From contig KZ538297.1 in the NCBI GenBank assembly GCA_000934665.2, positions 1 through 64,000 on the forward strand: a stretch of DNA of 64,000 nucleotides. The letters run 5' to 3'. The stretch is from Catajapyx aquilonaris (lineage: Eukaryota). Below the pieces are notes generated by a model. That model did not search any database. It saw nothing but the letters and a program-made list of their open reading frames with translations, and was not told where the DNA came from. Within the stretch, counting starts at the first letter, position 1. Every line of letters starts with the position of its first letter. The position numbers and the translations under genes are program-made. This document shows, one piece after another, positions 1 through 12,234 of the stretch.

Positions 1-1462
1 GAATAAGGGCCTTGCATTCGGTGATAAAACACTGCTAAAACATGAAACTCGCCCCAATTGGTCTTCGGGCACTACTGAACATGTCTGTAAGTGAGGCCAC
101 TATGGATGACCCCGCTGGGGGTCACTCGCAGGGTTGCCAGATCTAATGGGCTCTCTAAGTAAACTATGTGAATAGGGAGCTTGCATTCGGTGACGAAGAC
201 GTGAAACTCGGTACAATATAGTTTTTTGCACACTTTCGAACATATCTGGACCTGGAGACACGATGACCCACCCCGGTGGAGGGCACTATCATGGTGTTGC
301 CAAATCTAACAGACTGTGCAACATGCGTTTATATTTTGATAGGGAGCTTGCATTTGGTGACAAATACGTGAAACTTGGTAGAATTGTTCTTTGGACACTT
401 CCGAACATATCTGGACGTGGAGCCACGATGACCCACCCCGAGGGAGGGCATTATCGCAGGGTTGCCATATCTAACAGAATGTGCAACATGTGTTTATATT
501 TAAATAATGAGCGTGCATTCGGTGGGTCATCGTGGCTCCACGTCCAGATATGTTCGGAAGTGTCCAAAGAACTAACGTACCAAGTTTTATGGCTTTGTCA
601 CCGAATGCAAACTCATTATTCAAAAATAAACACGTGTTGCACATTCTGTTAGATATGGCAACCCTGCGATAATGCCCTCCCTCGGGGTGGGTCATCGTGG
701 CTCCACGTCCAGATATGTTCGGACGTGTCCAAAGAACAATTCTACCAAGTTTCACGTCTTCGTCACCGAATGCAAGCTCCCTATTCACATAGTTTACTTA
801 TAGAGAGCCCATTAGATCTGGCAACCCTGCGAGTGACCCCCAGCGGGGTCATCCATAGTGGCCTCACTTACAGACATGTTCAGTAGTGTCCGAAGACCAA
901 TTGGGGCGAGTTTCATGTTTTAGCAGTGTTTTATCACCGAATGCAAGGCCCTTTTTCATGTAAAGGTGTGCAACACATGTTCGATTTGGCAACTCCGCGA
1001 TAATGACCCCTGGCGAGGCCACCAGGGGTTACCCACCGTGACCCCACGTCCAGATATGTTCAGATGTGTTCAAAGAACTACCGTACCGAGTTTCACGTTT
1101 TTATCACCGAATGCAAGCTCCCAATTCACATGATCTTCGCAGAGATGTATGTTTGGTCCGTTAGATCTGGCAACCCTACAAGTGACCCACAGCGGGGTCA
1201 GTCATCATGGCCCCTCATCCAGTTCTTCTCGGAAGTGTCCAAAGACCAATTGTGGCGAGTTTCATGTTTTTGTCACCCAATACAAGGTCCTAAAAGGATG
1301 CTGCATCTGGTAGTTATGGAAACCCTGCGAAATGGACCACCACCAGGGTGGGTCATCGTGGCTCCACGTCCAGATATGATCAGAAGTGTCCAAAGGACAA
1401 GTGTACCGAGTTTCATACTTTTGTCACAAAATGCAAAGTTCAACCCCTTAGCACCCGGACTA
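1..1462. repeat. ~165-170 bp tandem repeat array that switches orientation at ~522 (foldback-like; truncated at window start)
   Basis: TTGCATTCGGTG-like motif at ~12, 181, 349, 514; reverse complement CACCGAATGCAA-like at ~599, 764, 935, 1105 and degenerate copies to ~1440. 1-200 is the near-exact reverse complement of ~760-952. Confidence 0.85.
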
Positions 1463-2669
1463 TTAACATCCATGTTTACCACGGAAGAAAAAGAGCTTTA
1501 TCAGTGCAGAATCATCCCAAAATGAATAATGGAGCAGATGAAACAGGCAACTTGAAGCACGCATACACCTGTACACTGCCACCTGTAAATGACGAGTAAA
1601 AAGTATGCGTTTGCCACTTGCAGGCCACTAGCTCAAAATTATGAACATTTTTACTGAATAATAAATGTACCTAAATCACGGATCTAGTTAGGCAAATGTG
1701 CTTGTTATTTTAACCAGCAAGTGCGTCACAATCTCACCAGCCACTGATTACAACAGTGTGTGGCCAGGTGCCTGACCAACAATGTCGCATAAGCTGCTTA
1801 TGTCATCTAAGTTGTTATCAGCAACTCCAGCATCACATCCATTCTTATGATAATGCCAATTAATTCGTGCTATATAAGTAACATGCTACAATTAATAACA
1901 TGCATAAATAACATGCAACTGGGCCCAGGGGGGTGTGGAAGCTGCAGGTGGTTTGGAGTGAAGGTAAAGAATGAGGAGACGGGAAAGACAAGTAACAATA
2001 CATCTAACAATGATCATGACACCACGGCCAGCCTCTTCCATGCTCTTCTGTTCCGAAGCCTGACACATCTGAAAATAATCATACTTGATGATGTTAGTGG
2101 TGGCGCCATACCAAATTGGCAATATCAGAAGACATGAACGATCAGCTGGAGTAACCAAAAAAAAAAAAAGTGCAATAGTAATCGGCACCTCTGGAGTTCT
2201 GTGACAGCAATGACCACAACATGGCTCGCATTATGGCAATGCAGGAATGAAAGTGAAATGTGAAATTAATTATCGGTTGACAAACATTAAGGATTGACCC
2301 CTTATTACCACCAATCTCGTCAGATAAAAGTGTACAAAAAAAAAAAAGCTAAGTGGCACAGCGTCAAGCAAATTACCTCATTTCACCACATTTTCAAATG
2401 GCTGATGCTACAAAATGCAATGTAGTGCAGAGTCGCTCAATTACCTGCCCCATCAGTGCACTTCCCCATTAAACATACCACCTATACCTTGTTAAGTGAA
2501 AAAGCAAGTTTGTGTTTGGGTAAGGAACTTTCAGGGGGAGCGTATTACCAGGCTTATCCTAACGCAAGTCGAAACCCGGCAGCAAGCCTAATGGCGCGCA
2601 TGACATCTGAAACAAGGAAAAGCATAAAATTAGAATAATTACGCAGCATCATGACAACAGTGGTAGAAG

Positions 2670-3742
2670 TTAACACTTAACTAGTGACCTGGAAAATCCT
2701 AACACTGACGGTGACCTGGGGTCTTTTAAAACCCCAGGGGATTTTTTAAATATAAATTGCCTTTAATGATAAATATTTGCTAGTTAATTCTTTTTACACC
2801 TGCAACTGTTTTTATACAATTTGGTTTAATTTTCAACTCACTGGCTGCCGTAGAACGGAATTTTAAAAAAATCACATGCCTAACCATGCAATATTTTCAG
2901 ATTTTACCATGACCAAGCCATGACGAATCTAGATTTTCCAAGTCCTGAAATATTTCACAACTGGTGACCTGGGGTCTTTTAAGACCCCAGCTATTTTCCA
3001 CCCCTAATTTTTCCGATCACACCTCTGTCTGTCCACCTCGGATATAGTAGACACCTCGGATATAGTATATAGGCCACAGCCGCCTCCTTCCTTCCCTTTC
3101 CCTGCTTCATTCCGGTGATGAGAAAAATAGTAAAAATGGAAAAGAGTTCCAGACAAAAAATTGGGAGAAATCCCCCCCTAGGAAAGCCCGTAGGCTGATA
3201 ATGGGGTATCAAATTATTATTACCTCGGATATAGTAGATGCATCATTGGTCACACGCGCCCCCTGGCAGGCCCCTGACTTCCGCAACTCTTGCTCACACC
3301 AATGTGTCCAATGTCTACTATAGCCGAGGTGGCGTGTGACCAATGTGTCTACTACATCCGAGTGTACTATGTCCGCGGGACCAATGTGTCTACTATATCC
3401 GAGTATATTTTATCCGATGTGTCTGCTATACCCGAGGTGGACAGGCAGACAGAGAAACGTTTTTATGTAGATGTATTCATACCTTTCTCCGGATCATATT
3501 TTTCTAATTCCTGAAATGTTACTCAACTGGTGACCTCCAGGTGACACCTCGGTGGGTAATTAATTGATTTTAGCGGTTTTGTGTGACTTACAAAAGAAAA
3601 TTGAATCGAATATATGTTGAGAAAGGTTCAACTGATTTACGAAAAAAATATATTTTCCTTGATATTAAAATTAAACGTTTTATAACAAAAAAAAATTGCA
3701 CCTGGGGTCTTAAAAGACCCCAGGTCACCAGTTAAGGGTTAA
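2670..3742. mobile_element. non-autonomous piggyBac-like element with a nested MITE (~3024-3451)
   Basis: TTAA at both ends (2670-2673, 3739-3742). TIR CACTTAACTAGTGACCTGG matches the reverse complement of CCAGGTCACCAGTTAAGGG, with internal TIR copies at ~2711 and ~2960. Inner inverted repeat TCTGTCTGTCCACCTCGG...CCGAGGTGGACAGGCAGACAGA. Confidence 0.75.
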
Positions 3743-5527
3743 AGCAAATATCTGCATCGGCATGCTGTCTTTGTTGGTATGTCAAGGGGAGGTAGCATAT
3801 TATGTGACAGGTCATGATGTAATTTTCCCTTCAAATTAAATTGCTCATTGTTGCAATGACGCAATATAATGGGTCTGCACAAACTTAATATTACTGCATA
3901 TTTCACTATTTCACTTACCAGCATTTTTCCAAGTGGGTATACAAAGCGCCTGACAAAAACAAGTCTCACTGGGCACTGTCAACCCGTATCCCAAAATAAA
4001 AACCATAACGTGTTGCATCGTGCGATGCCCCCCCCCCCCCCCNTCGTGTGATGCCCCCGTCCGGATCATCGTCAAGGTCGACCTCACGCGCGCATCAGAT
4101 TTATTTCCTAAAATCCCTCCCCCAAATCGAAGTTGCAAAATCGCGAGCATGTTCAGCACACCTGCCCCCATTTAACCAGAATTAACACGCGACACATTGG
4201 GAGGGAAACCGGAGTTAATTTGACGACTGTGCGTTTACAATCGACTCTGTGTCGGGAATCACATTTTATTGGCCTATGTGTACTGCCATATTAGGTCATA
4301 CGCGCCCATGTTTTACCAACCTTTTTTAGCCGCCATCAGGTAAAAGCTGTGTCGGCTGCAGGCATCTGCTCTCTCAACTAGGTAAAAGCTAAGTGCAGCA
4401 CATAGCACCGGTCAAATGTTTGGGAGCGGAAAATGCGCGGCAAAATGTCGTCCATCTTGTGTGCAGATCGGCCGCCATCTTGCCTATACACTCTAGCCTC
4501 GCACGGGGCCCACATTCCCCCCTTTTTGGCGCCAAAACCTGCTGTGACGTCACACTTGTCGTATGACCTCCCGACAACCCCTACTCTCGCAACCAACCCC
4601 AACCCCAAGCACACCCTTGGCCCCGGGGCCGGGCACCAACCTGCCTGCCCCACCAACACCGACGCCCTTGGCCCTAAATTCACGGGTGGTCAGCGAATAA
4701 AAATAAGGGGGGGGGGNACGGTTGGCCCTCGGTGGTTGGTCACCTGTCCACCTGGCCCTGGGCAGAGCTGGCGTAGGGCGCCCCGGGGTCAGTGAACCAC
4801 CCCACTGAGCGAGGGTCACTGACCGATAAAGAGGAGCGTCCCTGACGTGCGTCCGATCCGCTCCAGACACAGCAACAAAAAGAGCCGGAGGAAGGAAGGT
4901 TCCAGAAGATCTTCCAGGGCCAGAGGGAGCTGCTGATTGGCTGGACCTACCCAATCAGCATCTGTGGCGCCAAATCACGGCCATCTTGGGTCCCAATTTT
5001 GCATCCACTGTCTTTAACCCTACTGCACTTTGAATCGTATTTGCAATATTATTAATATCGTTCAACATGCATGGAATTTTCTGCATTAAAATTATTATTC
5101 CTATGTGATGTGGCTTCGTAAAAGAAATTATTTCGACAGTAGCGGTTATTTTTTTTGGAAACTAACAGCTGCGTTATGTGCAAACAGTTATTTTGTAGTA
5201 CAGTAGTAGCCTACCGTATCATAATAATATAGAATTGGCTCGAGACTGTGCCTCTGTTTGTCCGGGGTGATTCTTAGCAACATGGCAGTCCCACTACCCC
5301 TCGCACGACCCTGAGAGTGGCAGCCATGTACAGGTAGGGGGAAATGCGCCATCTATGTGAGGGATATGGTGCTACGTAATCAGTCGGAGGGCCTGGGTAG
5401 TTTTGGGAACGCGGTTCCAGTAGTGGTTTTAGACTTGGTTGTCAGACTGTGATGTAAGAAAGACATGAAAACTACGCTACCGTACCGGTACTTCTAAAAG
5501 TGCGATGAAATTACTGTACAGTGAGGG

Positions 5528-5598
5528 AGGTGTAGATGGCCGAGATGGTAACGTCTCGGCTTGCTGAGTGAAAGGCCCCAGGTTCAATCCCCGCCTTG
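5528..5598 (+). other. degenerate tRNA-like sequence (SINE head or tRNA pseudogene)
   Basis: A-box-like TGGCCGAGATGG and B-box-like GGTTCAATCCC at tRNA spacing; no convincing acceptor stem. Confidence 0.45.
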
Positions 5599-5754
5599 GG
5601 AGTTTTCCTTTCAAACAAATGTCAGAGGTACAGTAACCTACACCTCCTGTCCACAGACAGACAGACGGATGGACAAATCCGTTCTACGCCAAAACATTTT
5701 CAGAACCTGCATTTCGAGTAGAAATCTACCATCAAATCACGCATCGACTGGGTT

Positions 5755-5988
5755 CAGTGAGGCTTAACGTCGGCCTATTTCCCTCCTCCTGGAAATTTGG
5801 CCACTATGGGGATCTTCAACGTGCACTCGCGCAATGTCACAAGCACACAGGACCGACGGCTTTACTTCCCCTCCGAAGGATGGCGCACTCTCACTTTTCT
5901 ACCACCCTGAGAAAAGTCACCGACCTCGGCCGGGTTCGAACCCACAACCTTGGGACCAGAGGCGACCACTAGTCCACCAAGGCCGGCT
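5755..5988 (-). mobile_element. tRNA-derived SINE with a Deu/Nin-like central domain
   Basis: Minus strand begins GCCGGCCTTGGTGGACTAGTGG, has B box GGTTCGAACCC, then CATCCTTCGGAGGGGAAGTAAAGCCG...GTGCACGTTGAAGATCCC, resembling the recalled Deu/Nin SINE core. Confidence 0.7.
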
Positions 5989-7093
5989 AATCATGCATCG
6001 ACTATAAAATATCATTTCAAATTACCGCACAGGAGTAAAATGAGGACCAAGTTGCTCAAAGCCACAAATTTTTATTATACATGGTCAATAAACCAGCTAC
6101 GAGCAGCAAATATCCATCTTCTCGTTCACACAGTGTGGGGAAAGAAATTGAAACACCATTAACATAACCCTTGCTCTGTTTCATTAATCCAAATAAATAT
6201 GGTCAGCATGACCTCTGAACCTTTCTCTCTCCCAAAAGAGCCCGACTTGCCAAAGAGTTGTCCACTTTTTAATTAGTGATCAGGTGCATGAACACCAAAT
6301 CGTGATCTTCCCAAGTCACGATTCCTCTGGACAGAGAATGCTCCGAGGTCACACTGTTGGATACATGGTCACCTGTCAACACTGACCATCTACTACTTGC
6401 ATCACCTGCAGTGGCTAAATGCCACCCAGCTGTCAATCGAAATGGGTCAAGTGAATGCAGGGTCAAGCTAGATCTGAACAGATTGCCCTCTTGCAGCTGA
6501 TCGCCAGCATGCCTACATAATAATAATGGAAGTTAACCAAACAAAAAAATACCAAACAAAACCAGCGGGTTTGTAGGGAAAGGAAACAAACATGTAAACC
6601 TATGTAGCAAATGTACATAGTACACCTGCCTTGCAGGACAGGTAGGGGAGGAGGGGGATGAAAACAAAAATATATTATTTATTTATATGTATATATACCA
6701 AGTCGGAATTCCACAGATTTTTTTAAACGTCGCCCCCACAAATCTGGGTTGATGATTTCACATGATGGGATCACCTTCAGGGGAAGGGATGAGGTCAAAA
6801 GGTCACGAGGAGGCAAGTCCCTTCACCAGCTTCAGACGATGTTCCTGAATAACAAGAAACAATGACACATTGAAGGAGAGGAAAAGTAAGGGGACAGGGA
6901 AATGTGTATACCCAAAATAACACCGCCCTCCTTGGGAATTCAAAATGTAGTGTTCACTAGCTAATTGTAATTGCAAGTGACAGGAATGTTGGGAAAGGGG
7001 GGAGAAGGGGTGTGAGAAAAAGGGAAGGAGGGGCTCGTCAATTATTCCAATTCAAATATTTCAGTTTTCCCATACCAGTCCCCCTTCAGCACG

Positions 7094-9953
7094 TTAACTC
7101 TGCGAGGCTTGCCTGTTTTGCAGGAGCCGTTCAACAGCCGCGTTGATGTCTCCAAACGTTGCAATCAGTGCTGGAAACGGGAAGGAAAAAATAGTGATTA
7201 ATCTGCAAATGACGCAAAATGCAAGAGCGGTCTTACCTTGCAGGTTGGCCTCCCTATTGACGAAACCCATGGCTGTTAGCTGCTCCATTTGGGTGCGGTA
7301 TCGCTCCTCTGGAGGTTGATTGCTTCCCGGACTCTGCCCTGCCATTGCCGATATCTACAAAAAAAGGGACGGCTACAGTTTGCGTTCCTGCACTGGCAGT
7401 ATCAACAGCACCCGCACTTGAGCCGGGTTGAAAGCAGGCATTAATTTAGAGATCATACCATTCTAGCCATGAACTGGTTGAAAACGTCCTGATTCTCGCC
7501 AAGATTTGGGACGCCAGGTGGCCTGCTCTGAGTGCTGCTGTCTCCTCCTAATGTGGGTGATGCGGCTGTTGTGTTCTGTGAGGATGGTGTGGTGGTGGTG
7601 GTCGTGGTGGTTGCGGGCGCCGTGTTGGCGGTGGTGGTTGGGAGGCTTCCGGTGAAAGGGTGCAGCGGCCCCAGCCCCATGCTGTTGACCAGCCCAGGCG
7701 CAGCCTCTCTCAGCTGCTCGATCCCCTGCTGGATCTGCAGGATGGCGTTGAGGGCCTGTGGGTTAGACATCATTCCTTGAACGTCCGGGTTCTGAAGTTG
7801 CTGTAGGTAGTTCGGCATCATGATCCGCAGCTGGTCCATCAGCGCTGGGTTGCCCGCAAAAGCAGGGTTGGCCCCCAGAACCTGCGTTGCAAGGTCTGGG
7901 TTGGCAGACATGGCCTGGATCATTTGCTGCGTGTAAGGTGCATCCAGCATCTGCCGCATGAGCTGTGGGTTCTCAATCATCTGTTGCATCATGCTCTGCA
8001 TTCCAGGTGTGTTCATCATGCCAAATGGACCTTGGTCGGTGGCTCCGGCCGAAGCGCTTCCACTGCCCGAGGTGGCAGTACTCCCAGCGCTGCCTCCACC
8101 GTCTCTCGACCACGGGTTGGGCAAAGGGTCCCTGTTCTCCTGCCCCTGCCGACCGTCAGTCCCTGGTCCGGCAGCGCCCCCACCTCTGGATGCAAATGGG
8201 TTTCCTACAATCTGTTCCTGCGCGGCATTGAGCATTGGCTCCTGGATGTCCCTGTACATGCGCTGGAGGGCGTTGAATCCTCCAGGGATAGACTCCAGGT
8301 TGGACATGGCACGATCCTGAGTTCGCATCAGTTCCTGCAGCATTGCTGGGTTGCGGGCAAGCTCCATCGTCTGGCGCAGAAGGTCCGGATTGTTCAGCAT
8401 GTGGGTCACCTCAGGGTTTCTCTGCACGGAACGATAAGGATTCACATCATGACCCAGACGATAAACAACCTAATTACGCTTATTTTAATCAAAATCAGTG
8501 GTAATAGTTTAGAAACGTTTCTGAACGTTGGCTATGCAGGCTTGTGGCATTTCCCGCATACCGTTTAACCCGAGACACCTGCTTGGCAAGTGTAATGGTT
8601 TTTTAAAAAGTGGTCAGACCTGTTTACATCGGGAATTGACCTGATGACCAGAAACTGCAACAATTTATGTAGTAAAAAAAACAGCCATGCAATTAAAATT
8701 AGCCACGCAAGAACATTGTTGTTACACAATAATTTAAAATTCGATTACCTCCATGAGCTGCTGCATCTGCGGGTTGGATGTGAGCAATTGCCTCATGTAA
8801 TCAGGATTGTTCATAAGACTCTGCACAAACGGGTTGTCCATAATCTGCCTCATCATGTCCGGATTGGAGAATAGCTCTCTCTGTACCCTCTGCTGAAGCT
8901 CCATGAAGTTGCCCGAGCCCATCCCAAGTCCTCCGAGTCCGGCCAAACCTCCCAGGCCGCCCAGGCCAAATGGAGTCGCCCCAATATCTGCGGGTCTTGA
9001 GGTAGGTGCAGGCTGCTCTGGAGGTGCGGCCGAAGACGCAGCAGTCGCCGCACCCGCTCCAGTAGACCGATTGGTCTTGATAACCAGATGGACAGTCAGG
9101 CCATCCTTTATGTTATGTGTCTGCAAGTTCTCATGGTCCTTCATTATCTTCCCTGCGAATATCAGGCACAGCTGCTCAGGTTCGGCATTAAACTTCTTGG
9201 CAACAAGGGCCTTGAACTGAAAAATAAAGTTACGACGACTTATTAAGACGCACTTCTCTGAAACCTGAAAAAGCGACATACTGTAACACTATTTGAGCTG
9301 CAGTGATCGTGCGCAACTAGGCGAAAATAACGTCTGGTTACACAAGCTACAGTTTCAGTGATTTGAATCTAAAGGAATCGGTTTTTGTCTTAAAATTCAT
9401 GCAGTGCTGCATGACTTCTTACAACAAGCGCTATGGTGTTGCCGTGGCATATTAAATAAATTCTCCTTCTACGTGCGGGAAATTCTTCTTGAACAATACA
9501 CAATGAAAATTTTCAAATATATAAATCAAGGCAGCCAAACTGCATACGAAAAACCTGTGAAATGAATCAGTGAACCCAGAAGCCCCGCCATGATGACCTA
9601 GGCATTTCTGAGCCAAGGTGAATGGGGTGTATCATTGCCACATGGTTTCTTTTGTGATGCAAAAAAAAAAAACCAACCATACGCCCATTTCTCAACCCAT
9701 TATGCAAGCATCGGCTCATTTGTCACTACAACTACTCTTCAATAAAGCCGCATTTCCTGTCATCCTGCCCGTGGGCCCAGGCATTTCAAAAATATGGTCA
9801 TGTACTACAAGTTACAATAAAGGTCCGTGCCGCATACCCTATATAGGGTCAGGCACTACCCAAGAATAAAGCCGCATTTACATGCGAGCGATGAACAATT
9901 GGTCTCATCGCTGATAAATCGCTCGCATGTAAATGCGGCTTAATGGTTGCAGT

Positions 9954-9987
<34 letters not shown>

Positions 9988-10829
9988 TCATACCCCGTTA
10001 TCAGCCGGCGGCTCTTTAGGGGGGAGTTTTGTTTTGACTGGAACTCTTTCTTTACTTCGCTTTTGGGGATAGGATAAGGATGGAAGGAAGCGGTTGTGGC
10101 CTATTATTTTAGGAAACAACCCCGGCATTTACCTGGAGGGACCGTGGGAAACCACAGAAAACCACAGTTAGGGTTGCCGGCCCCGGGGATCGAACCCAGG
10201 ACCTCCCGATTAGCAGTCGGATACCATATCCCCTCCGCCACCACTGCTTCGGTAATGATTGCAGTTATTGCACGGTACTCCACATTTTAATTGCCAAAAT
10301 TTACCCATCTGCAACGCTCTATTTCACGTTAAATGTACGCAGCATGACAGCCCAAAATAGCACCGTCATCTTATCACGTACCCGAGATAATTCACCGACC
10401 TCAATCAGACAAACTGTTAAAAACCGTCACTTTTTCATTCCAATCATTATGATTACTCTTCTGTACGTAATTTAGGTTGGTAATTTGCTCGCACAAGTAC
10501 GGTGTGCGTTTAAATAAAAAGATCTGGTACGCACTATTCGGAACGGGGTAATCCCGTGATGTAATTCAATTTCGTCCCCAGTTACCATTCGAATAATACT
10601 TTTTTTTTTGGTCCCCCTCCCCCCATTCCAAGAAATGGAACTAGGCCTAGCTCAACCACCCGGCTTGGCCCCTCTTTTCTTCCGCCCTTTGAGCTGGGCC
10701 TCCCCTCCCAATCAAACTCACGTCCTTGATGGAAGCATCCTGGTCCACCTCCACGGTCTGCTTCTCCTTCGGAGTCTTGACGTTGACAGAGATGAGAGAC
10801 TTTGTCGACTCCTCGCTGCCTTCCGCCAT
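7094..10829 (-). CDS. UBQLN: Ubiquilin (UBL-STI1-UBA), 5 coding exons: 10829-10722, 9216-8749, 8421-7459, 7354-7237, 7170-7094; ~577 aa
   Basis: UBL motif [28 protein letters not shown]1 repeats ([28 protein letters not shown]); UBA motif [35 protein letters not shown]. All introns GT-AG and in frame. Confidence 0.97.
9869..9941. mobile_element. 73-bp palindromic MITE, PIF/Harbinger-like
   Basis: Perfect 24-bp arms AAGCCGCATTTACATGCGAGCGAT; TAA-type flanks; longer relative at 57738-57983. Confidence 0.7.
9957..10252 (-). mobile_element. tRNA-derived SINE (family A) with (TTA)n tail
   Basis: B box GGTTCGATCCC on the minus strand; near-identical flanking duplication TAATGGTTGCAGTTAT / TAATGATTGCAGTTAT; homologous to 44561-44789. 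Confidence 0.8.
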
Positions 10830-11562
10830 CTTTAGAACGTCCGACGATGATTTCGGCAAAATCGGAATGAAAAAAAAAAAAGAAAAAAAAGAAGAGGCGC
10901 ACCGGATGTAGAGGGAGGTGGAGCCTGGGGGCGGATTTTAACACTTGTTTAACACAGAACGGTGTTAAAATGGCCTTAATTAATTAATTACTCATTAATA
11001 TTTAAAGCGGATGGTTCTAATTACGGCCGATAGTTCGGGAGATTAGCAACGTCAATGTTGTCCAACTTGGACCGGTATGCGCAAGCGTCTGACGGAATTG
11101 CGCGAACAGAACACTCCAACGCATGCGCTTTACACACTAATGTGAGTGTGCAAATATCGATATGTTGCATGCCGATACGGCCGATTTTATACAATTCAAT
11201 TCGCAATTATAGCAATTAATGCAATAATTCATTACCAATACGTACTGACAAGCACTTAGCCTAAAATACGCGCAATGATTGCCGGCATTGTTGGTAGAAA
11301 GCGGCATTGAAAGTTGAATATCGATGTATCGATACGGGTGCGAATGTTCTGGAAATGCGACGATGACGTCATGGGAATGGCCGCGCGGGTAAATAACTTG
11401 AAAAACATTCAAAAAAAAAAAGAAGGGAGAGTAGTTGGTCGCGTGACTATTACGTGTGTACCTGTGTTTTCCGCTGATGCAATTCATAGCTAATTGCAGG
11501 TCTCATTGCACACCATTGTTACAGCTCACAATCTGCAACTGTTTCCATCCATTACGTTCTCC

Positions 11563-11646
<84 letters not shown>
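11563..11646. repeat. (AAT)n microsatellite, ~28 units
   Basis: Read directly. Confidence 0.98.
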
Positions 11647-11744
11647 CGTGTGATGGAATGCAAATTTTGGCCCGTAAATTGCCAATTGTGCGTTCGAATT
11701 TTATTGCGAGCAACAACACAGGCTTTGATAAACTTATATTTGAT

Positions 11745-12099
11745 TTGGGAGCATAGAGGCGCAAACTTCTGTCGGCGCCTTTGATGTTCGCGTCTCTCTG
11801 TTTGGGGGCGTTGCCAAGGCTGGCGGCCATTTTGAGGTGTGGGGAACGCCAACGAAGTATAAATAATGGTACAGGCAAAAATATGGTCAGCCATCTTTGA
11901 TGGTTTTGGCGGCCATGGCAACTATACATGACAAGAACACGCGCGAATCAAAGATGACGGGCCCTATTTTAGCCTGTACCCTATATATACATCGTTGGCG
12001 TTCCACACACTTCAAAATGGCCGCCAGCCTTGGCAACGCCCCAAACAGAGAGACGCGGAAATCGAATGTTTGCGCCTCTTATGTAGTATATGCTCCCTG
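11745..12099. mobile_element. MITE (family B) with long internal inverted repeats
   Basis: Termini GGGAGCATA...TATGCTCCCTG; internal palindromic arms CTCTGTTTGGGG..GTTGCCAAGGCTGGCGGCCATTTTGA; ATTTGAT on both sides; second copy at 29329-29666. Confidence 0.85.
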
Positions 12100-12234
12100 A
12101 TTTGATCGTGATATTGATCATGATGTGCCCAGTGATGAGGACAGCCAATTTTATTTCTAGAGAGATCATATTGCGTTGCCGTGGCAGCAGATCCTATTGT
12201 TTATAAGCCTATAGAGAGAGTAACAGTGGCATCA

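Noticed and set aside
263..1525. ORFs with repeated MTHPxGGHY motifs
   Set aside because: Translations of the satellite units on both strands; no coding signature.
4378..4954. overlapping GC-rich ORFs
   Set aside because: No recognisable domain or splice structure; more likely repeat-derived.
5528..5598. functional tRNA gene
   Set aside because: A and B boxes are present but there is no proper acceptor stem or poly-T terminator.
7532..9220. plus-strand ORFs over ubiquilin (and similar antisense ORFs over CCT3 and furin)
   Set aside because: Antisense shadows of real coding exons.
11456..11929. poly-I/N/L/Y ORFs
   Set aside because: Produced by the (AAT)n microsatellite and the adjacent MITE.
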